This document shows, piece by piece, positions 49,213 to 58,605 of a stretch of DNA of 64,000 nt (its first letter is position 1; each line of letters begins with the position of its first letter). The DNA comes from an archaeon UBA583 (GTDB lineage Archaea > Nanobdellota > Nanobdellia > Woesearchaeales > UBA583): assembly GCA_002506365.1 (NCBI GenBank), contig DAXK01000024.1, positions 30,944 to 94,943 of the forward strand. Reading direction: 5' to 3'. The notes under the pieces were generated by a model, which saw only the letters and a list, made by a program, of their open reading frames with translations, was not told the DNA's origin and ran no database searches. The translations under genes were made by a program, and so were the position numbers.

Positions 49213-50004
49213 TTATAATTTATTTTCTAATTCATCTTTTGAATTATCTTTTTGAGTTAAATCATTAGATGATTGTGTATCAGCTTCATCAATTAATTCT
49301 TCAACTAAATCTTCTTTTAATTCCTTTCCATTCTCTAACTCCTCAATTAAAGTATCTTCTGATTCTTCACTAGAACCATCATCTGAATTTTCATCAAAAT
49401 CCATAACTTGTGGCTTTTCAACTAAATCCTCACCTAACCCAATTTCTAAATTATCATCCTCCTTTGGAATATTCATTGGAACAGGTTCCTCTAAATGAGT
49501 ATCAATATTTTTATTTGCTGCTTTTCTAAAATCATCTTCCTCAATTTTAAAATAATCATAAAACTTCTTTGTAACCTTATAATATTTCCCAATACCCTTT
49601 TTTTGATAAGAAACAAACTTAGCCTTATACAAATAATCAACCTCAGTTTTAACATATTTTCCTAAAATCTCAGATAATCTTGTTTTAGTAATTGGTTGCT
49701 CATACGCAATAACAGATAAAACCTTTAAAACATTCCTAGGAATCTCAGTTCCAGAAATTAATGAAGTTACAACTTGATCATACTCAGAATGTAAAGTCAT
49801 TCTATACTTTCCATCTTCCTCCTCAATTAAAAAAGAAAACCCTTCTTTAAACTTTGGAACCAATTCTTCCATCGCATTTCTAACTAAAATTTCTGAATCA
49901 ATCTCTAAACTATCCATAAGTTCAGAAACGGTAATCCAATCACCATAAGAAAATAAAATTGCCTCAATTCTAGCTTTCACTTCCTCAAAATTTAAATCAT
50001 TCAT
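49213..50004 (-). CDS. scpB: Segregation and condensation protein B
   Basis: RIEAILFSYGDWITVSEL and VLSVIAYEQPITKTRLSEILG match ScpB winged-helix signatures. It has an acidic C-terminal tail. Confidence 0.75.
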   Translation of the reverse strand: MNDLNFEEVKARIEAILFSYGDWITVSELMDSLEIDSEILVRNAMEELVPKFKEGFSFLIEEEDGKYRMTLHSEYDQVVTSLISGTEIPRNVLKVLSVIAYEQPITKTRLSEILGKYVKTEVDYLYKAKFVSYQKKGIGKYYKVTKKFYDYFKIEEDDFRKAANKNIDTHLEEPVPMNIPKEDDNLEIGLGEDLVEKPQVMDFDENSDDGSSEESEDTLIEELENGKELKEDLVEELIDEADTQSSNDLTQKDNSKDELENKL

Positions 50005-50141
50005 ACTAATTAAATCATAAAAACATAATATAAAGTTGTGTTGTATAGCTACGATGACATCAAAATATAATTTATTATAACAATACTTTAAAAATTATAA
50101 AAATTATAAAAAAATAAATTTAAATATTAAAGCTTGAAAAA

Positions 50142-51005
50142 TTACTCTAAAACCTTCAAAAATTGATCTAATTCCATAAGTTCTGATTTTTTTAATAAAT
50201 CTGGACTAATAATCATAATAGCTACTCCATTAAACTTTTGAGTTCTCCCAGCCACATACTTTAAAAATTCTAAAGCAATATAAAATGAATTTAATCTAAA
50301 TAATAAATTACAATCAACCATAATTAATGGACTTGAACTTTGATCTAAAAAATTATCAACAAAAGTAATCAAATTATTTACTTGTAACGGATCCACAATA
50401 TCTGAATTTTCATCTAAAGAATCTTTTAAATAGTTCCCTTGAATATTTTTATCAATTTGGGATAACCAAGCAATCGGAGTTTTAGCTAACTTAAACCTAG
50501 TTCTCACTTCTTTTGGATTATCCTCACTAATTAAAAAACCTTGAAATCCTTGTTTTGTAGCTAAACTAAATTGTTCATACATAAAATGTCTATCCTTTTT
50601 ATAACTTAAATAAGAAGTCCCATTTGCTAAATTAATATCTAAATCTCCAGTAGCACTCCCCTCCTCAACTGGAATAAACTTAATCTTTACAAATTTACCC
50701 TTATAATATCTTAAAATTAAAAATTCTAATAATAACCCATAACTTAAAAATGCTAAACTAAAAAATACTAAAGAATAAATAATTCCTTCAGTAATTGCAA
50801 TTGTTCCCACAATATAATTTTGTGAATAATAAAAAAATCTTAAAAGTTCAGATAAAGAAAGCGAAATCGCAGCTGTCCCAATATATAACCAAGGTTTTCT
50901 ATGTTTTTCAGTATATACTTTTTGCATAATTGCAAAAACTAAATAAATTGCAACAATCGACATAATAAACGATAATAAAGAAACTGCTGAAACATTAAAT
51001 GCCAT
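50142..51005 (-). CDS. Membrane protein with a C-terminal DUF835-like domain
   Basis: The track start at 51014 is TTG. The ATG at 51003-51005 (MAFNVSAV..) has a TATA box about 29 nt upstream. Three or four N-terminal TM helices are present. The C-terminus (PLIMVDCNLLFRLNSF..FLKYVAGRTQKFNGVAIMIISPDLL) resembles archaeal DUF835. Confidence 0.55.
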   Translation of the reverse strand: MAFNVSAVSLLSFIMSIVAIYLVFAIMQKVYTEKHRKPWLYIGTAAISLSLSELLRFFYYSQNYIVGTIAITEGIIYSLVFFSLAFLSYGLLLEFLILRYYKGKFVKIKFIPVEEGSATGDLDINLANGTSYLSYKKDRHFMYEQFSLATKQGFQGFLISEDNPKEVRTRFKLAKTPIAWLSQIDKNIQGNYLKDSLDENSDIVDPLQVNNLITFVDNFLDQSSSPLIMVDCNLLFRLNSFYIALEFLKYVAGRTQKFNGVAIMIISPDLLKKSELMELDQFLKVLE

Positions 51006-51050
51006 AATAAACAAAATATATCAAAATTCCATTATAAATAATTAGTTTAA

Positions 51051-51058
51051 TTTATAAA
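51051..51058 (+). promoter_or_regulatory. TATA box of rps6e
   Basis: TTTATAAA is centred about 25 nt upstream of the ATG at 51080, implying a leaderless transcript. Confidence 0.45.
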
Positions 51059-51079
51059 TAGATATACATTAATATTAGT

Positions 51080-51487
51080 ATGGCTATCAAATTAGTTATG
51101 GGAACAAAATCTGGAAAAACATTCCAAAAGGAATTATCCAGTACAGAAGCTGAGTCTCTTTACGGAAGAGTTCTCGGGGAAGAATTAAACGGTGAAATGT
51201 TTGGTTACTCCGGTGTGAAATTATCCATCTCAGGTGGAAGTGACGCACAAGGATTCCCTATGAGAAAAGATTTAACTGGAACTAATAGAAAATCTTTATT
51301 AATCGCTAAATCCACTGGATTTAAAGGTAAATTAAGAGGAAAAAGATTCGGTGGTCTAAGAATTAAAAGAACTGTTGCTGGTAACACTGTTCATGAAAAA
51401 ACTCACCAATTAAATTTAAAAGTAACTGAAGGAGCTGACAAATTAGAAGCTGCTTTCGCACCTGCTGAAGAACCAGCAGCTGAATAA
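51080..51487 (+). CDS. rps6e: 30S ribosomal protein S6e
   Basis: KLVMGTKSGKTFQKEL...ISGGSDAQGFPMRKDL.GT.RKSLL...GFKGKLRGKRFGGLRIKRTVAGN. Confidence 0.9.
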   Translation: MAIKLVMGTKSGKTFQKELSSTEAESLYGRVLGEELNGEMFGYSGVKLSISGGSDAQGFPMRKDLTGTNRKSLLIAKSTGFKGKLRGKRFGGLRIKRTVAGNTVHEKTHQLNLKVTEGADKLEAAFAPAEEPAAE

Positions 51488-51585
51488 TAATAAATTTATT
51501 TATTATTATTTAACTTTTTAAAACTATATTTCTAAATTAAAAACAAAATAAACTTAAAATTTTTCTATGTTCAAATTAAATATAA

Positions 51586-51867
51586 TTAATCAATATCAGG
51601 ATTAATTTGATAAGGACCTTCAATATCTGGTCTAACACAAATTCCACCACCCTCCTCATATCCCTCAGGTTTTTCACAAATTAATCCTGGTTTGCAAGAA
51701 CTCCCATAACCACAAGGTTCACCAACCCCCAAATATACTACTGGTTGCTCTAAACCTTCCGCTTTAAGTTCATCAACACCAGATAAAGAAATATCAGATT
51801 TTGTAAAAATAAATAAAAATAAAGTAAATAAAATTCCAATTCCAACAATTATTTTCCAAAAACTCAT
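51586..51867 (-). CDS. Small secreted or anchored Cys-rich protein
   Basis: The track start is TTG. The in-frame ATG at 51865-51867 gives MSFWKIIVGIGILFTLFLFIF... The C-terminal part has four Cys (EPCGYGSSCKPGLICEKPEGYEEGGGICV). Confidence 0.5.
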   Translation of the reverse strand: MSFWKIIVGIGILFTLFLFIFTKSDISLSGVDELKAEGLEQPVVYLGVGEPCGYGSSCKPGLICEKPEGYEEGGGICVRPDIEGPYQINPDID

Positions 51868-52129
51868 TTTCAAGATTTAACTATAATTTTAATCCAAATT
51901 TTAAATTTAAATAAATTAAGAGTCACCAAACGATAAATAATAATAATATAATATATTCTAAAAATAAATAAAATCAAATAAAAATATATAAATAGACATA
52001 TGAAAATTTATAAAAATCATATAAACCAATTAAAAATAAAATTAAAATACCATAATTTTTAAGATTATATAAATTATATAACTAAACAAAATTAAATAAT
52101 ATTAAAAATAAAAAAATATTATTTAAATT

Positions 52130-53446
52130 ATGACTCAAAACTTAGCAATTTTATTTTCCGGTGGAAAAGATTCAAATTATGTAACATATTTAGCAAAACA
52201 GACAAATAATAATGTATCTTGCTTAATTACACTAAGTTCTAAAAATCCAAATTCTTACATGTTCCAATCTGTTGGAAATGAAATAATTAAAGTTCAAGCA
52301 AAATCTATGAATATTCCTCTGCTTGAATATCAAACTGAAGGTGAAAAAGAAAAAGAATTAGAAGATTTAAAATCAGCTCTAAAACTTGCAAAAGAGAAAT
52401 ATAATATTGAAGGTGTATGTTCCGGAGCAATTAAATCCGCATACCAATCAAGTAGAATTCAAGACATATGTAAACAATTAGATTTATTTTGCTACAATCC
52501 AATTTGGCAAATAGATGAAGATGAATATATGGACAAATTATTAGAAAATAATTTTGAAATCTCAATATTTGGAATTTTTTCATACCCATTTGAAAAAACA
52601 TTACTTGGAAAAACAATTAATCAAAACCAACTAAACAAATTAAAACAACTTAGATCTGAATTTGAAATATCAATAGCTGGTGAAGGTGGAGAATATGAAA
52701 GTTTTATTTTAGATAGTCCACTATTTTCACAAAAAATCCAAATAAAACAATTCAACTCAAAAATGGATTCTGAAAATTCAGGAATAATCACAAATTGTAA
52801 AGTTGAATTAATTAAAAAAGAAAATCAAAATAAAATAAATAAAGTTTTAACAAATCAAAACAATAAAGATAAAATAAATAATGAAAAAAATGAAGAAATA
52901 TTAGTTATTAATTTAAACAAAAAAGAAAATAAATTATATGAACTTGAATATGTAAAACCAATAACACAAATTATTCAATCTCAAAATAAAACATTTAAAG
53001 TTTTAAATTATATAGATTTAAATGATAAAATAATTACCAAATATAATAAGATAATTTTATCAGGAACACCACTAAAAGAATTTGAATATTTAAAACACTT
53101 AGATAAATTTAACTGGATTAAACAAAAAGAAAATTCAAATAAACACATATTAGGAATTTGTGCAGGTTGTCAAATTATTCAAAAAATATTTGGAGCTAAC
53201 GAAATAAATTTTTCAGAAATTGGACTAAAAAATCCAGAAATATTAATTCAAGATAAAATATTAAATAGAGAATCTCTAAAAGAAATTTATACTCTTCATT
53301 CAAAAAGTTTTCAAATACCTAAAGAATTTGAAATAATTGCAAAAACCTCAATTCCACAAATAATTAAATATAATAATATCTATGGAACTTTATTTCATCC
53401 AGAAGTTAGAAACCACCAAATTATTACAAACTTTTTAAACTTTTAA
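52130..53446 (+). CDS. Fusion protein: MJ0570/Dph6-like PP-loop ATP pyrophosphatase (N-terminal) plus class I glutamine amidotransferase (C-terminal)
   Basis: N-terminal half: LAILFSGGKDSNYV, SYMFQSVG, GVCSGAIKSAYQSSRIQDICKQL, IAGEGGEYESFILDSPLF. C-terminal half: ILGICAGCQII (nucleophile Cys, about nt 53150-53175) and GTLFHPEV (His-Glu, about nt 53393-53407), ending ..ITNFLNF. An N/K-rich linker lies between them. Confidence 0.8.
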   Translation: MTQNLAILFSGGKDSNYVTYLAKQTNNNVSCLITLSSKNPNSYMFQSVGNEIIKVQAKSMNIPLLEYQTEGEKEKELEDLKSALKLAKEKYNIEGVCSGAIKSAYQSSRIQDICKQLDLFCYNPIWQIDEDEYMDKLLENNFEISIFGIFSYPFEKTLLGKTINQNQLNKLKQLRSEFEISIAGEGGEYESFILDSPLFSQKIQIKQFNSKMDSENSGIITNCKVELIKKENQNKINKVLTNQNNKDKINNEKNEEILVINLNKKENKLYELEYVKPITQIIQSQNKTFKVLNYIDLNDKIITKYNKIILSGTPLKEFEYLKHLDKFNWIKQKENSNKHILGICAGCQIIQKIFGANEINFSEIGLKNPEILIQDKILNRESLKEIYTLHSKSFQIPKEFEIIAKTSIPQIIKYNNIYGTLFHPEVRNHQIITNFLNF

Positions 53447-53476
53447 AATCAATTACTTCAAACTATTAAAGAAAAG

Positions 53477-53487
53477 TTTTATAAATA
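53477..53487 (+). promoter_or_regulatory. BRE/TATA of the tfs gene
   Basis: GAAAAG followed by TTTTATAAATA, centred about 25 nt upstream of the ATG at 53507. Confidence 0.45.
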
Positions 53488-53506
53488 TAAAACTTAATAT
53501 TTTACT

Positions 53507-53824
53507 ATGGTAGATTTTTGTAAAAATTGTGGAGCCATCATTATGGGTTCCAAAGGAGATGAAGTAGATTGCCCAAGTTGTGGACAAGCTCAAAAAGCAA
53601 AAACAGAGATGAAATTTTCAGAAAAAGTTGCAAAAGTAGAAGAAAAAGAAATTGTTGACACTAACGAAGCTGCTGAAATTAACCCAATCACTGATGCTGA
53701 ATGCCCAGAATGTAAAAGCCCTAAAGCTTACTATTGGACAAAACAAACAAGAGCTGGTGACGAACCAGAAACACAATTTTTCAAATGTGTTGAATGTGCT
53801 CACCAATGGCGTGATTACAGATAA
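53507..53824 (+). CDS. tfs: Transcription factor S (TFIIS/RpoM-like cleavage factor)
   Basis: N-terminal Zn ribbon CKNCGA..CPSCG. C-terminal Zn ribbon CPECKS..TRAGDEPETQFFKCVECAHQW carries the acidic DE hairpin. Confidence 0.9.
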   Translation: MVDFCKNCGAIIMGSKGDEVDCPSCGQAQKAKTEMKFSEKVAKVEEKEIVDTNEAAEINPITDAECPECKSPKAYYWTKQTRAGDEPETQFFKCVECAHQWRDYR

Positions 53825-53907
53825 ATCTTTGATTTATATGTAATTAATTCGTGAAACATTGTTTCACGTGAATGTCAAATTTTCAAACCATTGATTTGAA
53901 AATGATT
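53821..53907 (+). repeat. Structured intergenic element, copy 3
   Basis: H0 ATAAATC-ttt-GATTTAT overlaps the stop codon. H1 is CGTGAAAC-att-GTTTCACG (53850-53868), then TGAATGTCAAATT, then H2 TTTTCAAA-ccattga-TTTGAAAA, then ATGAT. Confidence 0.6.
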
Positions 53908-54085
53908 TCAGATAATTTTAAAATTTTATAAATAAAAAATTTTAAATTTTTAAAAACTAATATTAAATAAATATAAAAATTAATTCTAAACATCTAAATG
54001 TAAAAAAATAAAAATATAACTTTATAATTATATTATTAATATAACTATAAAAAAAATAAAAAAATAAATTTAATTATTAAAAAAA

Positions 54086-55192
54086 TTACCAAAATTTCCA
54101 AAATGGTTTTTTCTTTTTAGACCTAAACCTTTCAAGTTGTTCGCGTGAAGTTGTAGAATTCACTCTAGGTTTAACTTGATTAAAATCAGGTTCATTAACA
54201 GGTTCAAGTTCTAATGCCATTGAACTTTTTCTAAGCTTTTTATAATCATCAGATTTAACTCCAAATTTATTCATCATAAAGATTTTTAATTCATCAGTAT
54301 CTTTATGCCCTGGACTTAATCTATTAACACTAAAACTATGAACTGGAAGTTTAAATGAACCAGATTTAATTCCATCAACTAAATTATCATAAAATACAAC
54401 TGGATGACCTAAACCAACCAAAGCAGAAATCCCTTTAAACAAAGATTGTTTTCTACCTGTCCTCTCCAAAGTTAAAGATTTCCACTCTCCCATAGGAGGT
54501 AAAATAAAAGTATTTGTAATATGAGGATCAAACCCTACAGCCAAACTAGGAGTTTTTTCATCTGAATTAAATTTTCTTAAAAAACTCATCTCCGACTCAT
54601 TTAAAATTTCATTAAATTTTGAATCATAATTTAAAGAATACAAATTATAATTACTACCTTCTTTTTTCATAACTAAAAAATTCTTAACTACATCAGTATA
54701 AAATTGTTCTTTAGAATAAACTGCTAATTTTTTTAATAAAATTTGTCTTAATTGTTTTAACTCTGTTGATAATCCAATATCAACTTTACACAATTTTAAA
54801 GGTAACTCTAAATTTCCAGACTTTAAAGCTGATTTAAAATCTGATAATTCAATAACTGGAATTTCAGTTTTAATTAAATCAGTTAAACCATAATTAATAG
54901 ACTCTAAACCTTTTGATGATTTTAAACTTAAAGAACTCCAAACTTCACTTGGAGGTAAAACTGAATATTCATCAATTTCTTTTAAATCCTCAATCACTGG
55001 ATGTTTTAAAGTATTAATTTTATCTAAAGCTAATTTCTCTGAAACATTTATATCTAATCCAAAACTATCATCCTTTAATTTTAAACTTAAAAGAGTATAT
55101 CCTGGATACCCTAATCCAGATTCATTACCCTCATTTTTTGAAACAAATAAAAAATGGTTCACAATATTCTCAAAAAATTCTCTCTTATCCAT
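54086..55192 (-). CDS. Hypothetical protein with an internal duplication
   Basis: 368 aa. The two halves share F(F/Y)..(I/V)V(N/K).FL...K.EG, (V/I)LPP..EW.SL(S/T)L and KSG..(E/K)LP. The C-terminus is basic. Confidence 0.55.
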   Translation of the reverse strand: MDKREFFENIVNHFLFVSKNEGNESGLGYPGYTLLSLKLKDDSFGLDINVSEKLALDKINTLKHPVIEDLKEIDEYSVLPPSEVWSSLSLKSSKGLESINYGLTDLIKTEIPVIELSDFKSALKSGNLELPLKLCKVDIGLSTELKQLRQILLKKLAVYSKEQFYTDVVKNFLVMKKEGSNYNLYSLNYDSKFNEILNESEMSFLRKFNSDEKTPSLAVGFDPHITNTFILPPMGEWKSLTLERTGRKQSLFKGISALVGLGHPVVFYDNLVDGIKSGSFKLPVHSFSVNRLSPGHKDTDELKIFMMNKFGVKSDDYKKLRKSSMALELEPVNEPDFNQVKPRVNSTTSREQLERFRSKKKKPFWKFW

Positions 55193-55243
55193 AAATACAT
55201 TTTAAATCCATAATATATAAAGATTATGTATCAATTAATAAAA

Positions 55244-55753
55244 TTACAAACCAATTTCTAATAATGTGTTATCTCCAACAAAAGTAGTTTTTTTAAAATT
55301 TAAACTAAATTTTTCTGAAAAATTTAAACACCCATTTAAACATATATCTAAATATTCTTTTTGAGATTTTAAATTAAAATCATAATCAACTGCATCAAAA
55401 TGTCTCATCCTAAAAAAATATCCTCTTGACTTTGAATTCTCATTATCAAAATCCTCAAACTCTGCACTAATTAATTCAAATTCAGTAAATATTTCAGATA
55501 ATTTATTTAAATCCCCAACACAAATCTTAACTAAAACACCGCAAACCATCTCATCAAGCTCCCCTTTATCAATATTTAAATAAGTGCAATCAAATCCAAA
55601 TTTAGAATTAAATAAATCACAATCTTTAAAATTAAAAACTCTAACAAAACCATGTAATCTTGCTAATTTTTCAAATTCAAAATCTATTTTAAACTTAGAA
55701 AAATATTCTAAATTCATTAAAAAATCATACAAAAATAAATTTACTTTTTTCAT
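55244..55753 (-). CDS. Hypothetical protein (weak resemblance to the AIG2/GGCT-like fold)
   Basis: 169 aa. LFLYDFLM...ARLHGFVRVFN...MVCGVLVKICVGDLNKL loosely fits the GGCT-like pattern. The fit is not secure. Confidence 0.45.
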   Translation of the reverse strand: MKKVNLFLYDFLMNLEYFSKFKIDFEFEKLARLHGFVRVFNFKDCDLFNSKFGFDCTYLNIDKGELDEMVCGVLVKICVGDLNKLSEIFTEFELISAEFEDFDNENSKSRGYFFRMRHFDAVDYDFNLKSQKEYLDICLNGCLNFSEKFSLNFKKTTFVGDNTLLEIGL

Positions 55754-55759
55754 GTAACT

Positions 55760-56149
55760 CTAAATTCTCCGTCCAATAAAATTATTTAACTTTTCAATCA
55801 CATCATCAATATTAGTTCCAACATAATCATCAATTAAATCATCACATAAAATAACAAAAAATGATTCATCATCATTTAAAGCAGACAAATTTAATTCATC
55901 ATCCAAACAATCAGATTTATTGTTATAAAAATCAACAAAAAAAGCTTCACAACTCCCAGTTTTTTTATTATCGAAAGTTATTTGCCAATGAAAATGTTTA
56001 TTTTTTTCCAACGCTTCAAACCCAGTTTTAAATAAATTTTGCACTCCACCGTTTTTTAAACTAGAATTATTTGCCCTTCCAATAATATCATCGATATTAA
56101 TTCTTAATGCTGTAACTTTATCAATTAAACTCTCTTTTCTCCCAAACAT
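55760..56149 (-). CDS. Hypothetical acidic protein
   Basis: 129-aa ORF, first gene of a three-gene co-oriented set with 6-51-nt gaps. Confidence 0.45.
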   Translation of the reverse strand: MFGRKESLIDKVTALRINIDDIIGRANNSSLKNGGVQNLFKTGFEALEKNKHFHWQITFDNKKTGSCEAFFVDFYNNKSDCLDDELNLSALNDDESFFVILCDDLIDDYVGTNIDDVIEKLNNFIGRRI

Positions 56150-56243
56150 ATTAAATAATAAAAATTTCTATATATAAAATTTTACTATAACTTTACCTAA
56201 AACTAAAAATAAATAGAAAATAAAAAGAACAAAAAATAAAAAA

Positions 56244-56372
56244 CTAAATTGAAAGAATTCTTTTTCTCTCAATTCTTCTTTTTTCCAAACAATCACTACA
56301 ATGAGACTTATTTATCTCAATTAAATCTTGTTCTCCGCACATATCACAATATTTAATTTCTCTATCACTCAT
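56244..56372 (-). CDS. Small zinc-ribbon protein (42 aa, absent from the ORF track)
   Basis: My translation is MSDREIKYCDMCGEQDLIEINKSHCSDCLEKRRIERKRILSI, ending at TAG. It has two CxxC pairs. Confidence 0.4.
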   Translation of the reverse strand: MSDREIKYCDMCGEQDLIEINKSHCSDCLEKRRIERKRILSI

Positions 56373-56415
56373 AAGATTAATAAGTTATTTAAACCTTAAA
56401 AACTTAACTTTAATT

Positions 56416-57594
56416 ATGGGAGACTTTAGCAATAAAAAAATCATAAACCACACAAAAAATGCATTTTTTAAACAAGTTAAAGCATATCAAAAAACTCTAA
56501 AACCAACAAAAGAAATTGAAGGATTTGGAAGTGCACCAATTGTTGGAGAAAAAAACTATCCATTTTTACAAATTCACAATTCATCTAATGAAGATAAATC
56601 TAATAATTTTATGAAAGCAAATGAAATTGTAAAAAAAGGTTACAAAGACATATTTGAATTAAAAGCAAAAAACATTCTTGGAAGCACTCAAAACACACAC
56701 ATTAGAAAAACTACAGATAGAATCAATAATGAAATCATAGATATTTATAAATCTAAAAAAGCAATAGAATTTAACTCAACTTTTGAAACCGAGATTAAAT
56801 TTGACAAAGTATTAACAAATAAAATGGCAGGAGTTATGGGTTCAAAAAATGAACTAGAATCATTAAATGCTACTGAAAATACAGCTACATCAAAACAAAT
56901 TGAAAAATACTCTAGCAATGATGCTAAAGCAAAAGAAGCATGTATTAAATTATACGAGCAAGGTAAAAATGAACAACAAATAATTCACCTATTAGCTCTT
57001 GGAGTTTTTGGAGTTAATATAAATAAAAAATTAGTTCCAAGTAGATGGGCAATTACAGCTTATGATAAAATGATTGAATCTCACCTTCACAAACAAATTT
57101 TAAAATACAATCCAATTAATCAATACGAAGTTTACTATTGTCAAAATAAATCTGACACTCATGTAAACATTTTATTACCTGATTATTATATGGGAACTCA
57201 TACAGAAGATTGGTCAAATTCAGGAACAGAGGAGTGGGGAGGACACAATACAGACATATTTAACAATCAAAATAAAATACCAACTCCAGAACCATTGAAT
57301 TCAGGGGGGTATTACGCAACTAAGATTGCGCTTAATGAACACTTACAAAAAAGAAAAAAACAAGCTGCCGCAATTATGATTAGAGTTATTCGAGATTACG
57401 ATGTTCCACTTGGAGTTGTATTTGTTCGTGAATGTGTTAGAGAAAGTTTTCAAAATCAAATATTTAAAACTTCTAGTTTTAAAGAACTAGATAATTTTAT
57501 TAAAACTAAATTCCCAACACACTACAAATACTTCATCAATTCAAATGTATTAAAAGAACAACGTAAACAAACAAAATTAACTCAATTTTATTAA
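56416..57594 (+). CDS. nreA: Nre-family DNA repair protein (NreA-like)
   Basis: FGSAPIVGEKNYPFLQI, LVPSRWAITAYDKMI, SGGYYATKIALNEHL..KKQAAAIMIRVIRDYDVPLGVVFVRECVRE. Confidence 0.65.
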   Translation: MGDFSNKKIINHTKNAFFKQVKAYQKTLKPTKEIEGFGSAPIVGEKNYPFLQIHNSSNEDKSNNFMKANEIVKKGYKDIFELKAKNILGSTQNTHIRKTTDRINNEIIDIYKSKKAIEFNSTFETEIKFDKVLTNKMAGVMGSKNELESLNATENTATSKQIEKYSSNDAKAKEACIKLYEQGKNEQQIIHLLALGVFGVNINKKLVPSRWAITAYDKMIESHLHKQILKYNPINQYEVYYCQNKSDTHVNILLPDYYMGTHTEDWSNSGTEEWGGHNTDIFNNQNKIPTPEPLNSGGYYATKIALNEHLQKRKKQAAAIMIRVIRDYDVPLGVVFVRECVRESFQNQIFKTSSFKELDNFIKTKFPTHYKYFINSNVLKEQRKQTKLTQFY

Positions 57595-57663
57595 AAATTA
57601 GTAAATAAAAATAAATTAGAAAAGTAACTAATATTTAAAAAATCAAAAATTAGTTAATTATTT

Positions 57664-58560
57664 ATGACAACTAGAAATGTATCAGTTTCAGAGCTGATTA
57701 ATTTTAAAATTCACAACTGTGAACTATCTTTAGAATTAACTCAAATATTATATACTGCTATTAAAACATTACCAAATAGCCCAGAATATAAAACACTAGA
57801 AGTTAAAAATATTTTAAAATTCTTAAAAAATATTGACTTATACCTAATTAAAGAAAAAAATCAAAGTGCCGCATACTATAAAGACAATATGATTTATTTT
57901 AATGTTGAAAACATATTAACTGAAATAAAAAATATAAAACCTCATCAAATAAATCCAATTATTCAAACTTCAATTAATCATGAAGTAACACATCTATTTC
58001 AAGACATTAAAACACAATACATTCAAAGATTTAAATTTAGAAGTAATAAATTGAAAAAAAAATTACAACCAACTTTTTTTGGAAAAATATTCCCAATAAA
58101 TAATAATAATTGGAAAAGAGAAGAATTATTTGAATTAATAAATAAAATATACTTAGAAGGTCTCGCTATGTATATTGAATATATTGGAAAAGATGTAGAC
58201 TTAGACCAATTACAATCAAACTGTAAAAAAATAATCCTACAAACTAAAAACAATTATTTAAATTATAATCAAACTAATAAAGTTGAAAACAATAATTTAG
58301 ATAAATATAGTCTAGGACTATTAATGTCAATAATAATATTACAAGATACAAAATTAAATTTATCATTTGAACAATTATCAAATGTTGGATTTAAACAATT
58401 TATAGAATATTATGAAAAATCAGCACAAAACCAAAGTTATGAAATCTTAATTTCATACTCATCTAACAAAGGTATTTTTGATTACCAAAGTTTAATTAAA
58501 TATTGGAAACAAGAAAAAAGAGAACTAAAAAATAAGAATACAAAAAATATATCAAATTAA
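57664..58560 (+). CDS. Putative zinc metallopeptidase (peptidase MA-like)
   Basis: HExxH in SINHEVTHLFQ, plus the downstream YLEGLAMYIEY (EGxAxY third-ligand motif). Confidence 0.4.
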   Translation: MTTRNVSVSELINFKIHNCELSLELTQILYTAIKTLPNSPEYKTLEVKNILKFLKNIDLYLIKEKNQSAAYYKDNMIYFNVENILTEIKNIKPHQINPIIQTSINHEVTHLFQDIKTQYIQRFKFRSNKLKKKLQPTFFGKIFPINNNNWKREELFELINKIYLEGLAMYIEYIGKDVDLDQLQSNCKKIILQTKNNYLNYNQTNKVENNNLDKYSLGLLMSIIILQDTKLNLSFEQLSNVGFKQFIEYYEKSAQNQSYEILISYSSNKGIFDYQSLIKYWKQEKRELKNKNTKNISN

Positions 58561-58605
58561 AAAAAACACTAAAAATATATAAACTAAAAATAATAAAAAT
58601 AAAAT

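Noticed and set aside
43081-53907. Interpreting the repeated hairpin elements as C/D-box or H/ACA sRNAs, tRNA halves, or anti-SD mimics (ACCTCC)
   Set aside because: No canonical C (RUGAUGA) plus D (CUGA) box pair is present on either strand. There is no ACA box at the right spacing and no tRNA-like T-arm or acceptor. ACCTCC occurs in only two of the four copies. I kept them as an unclassified structured element family.
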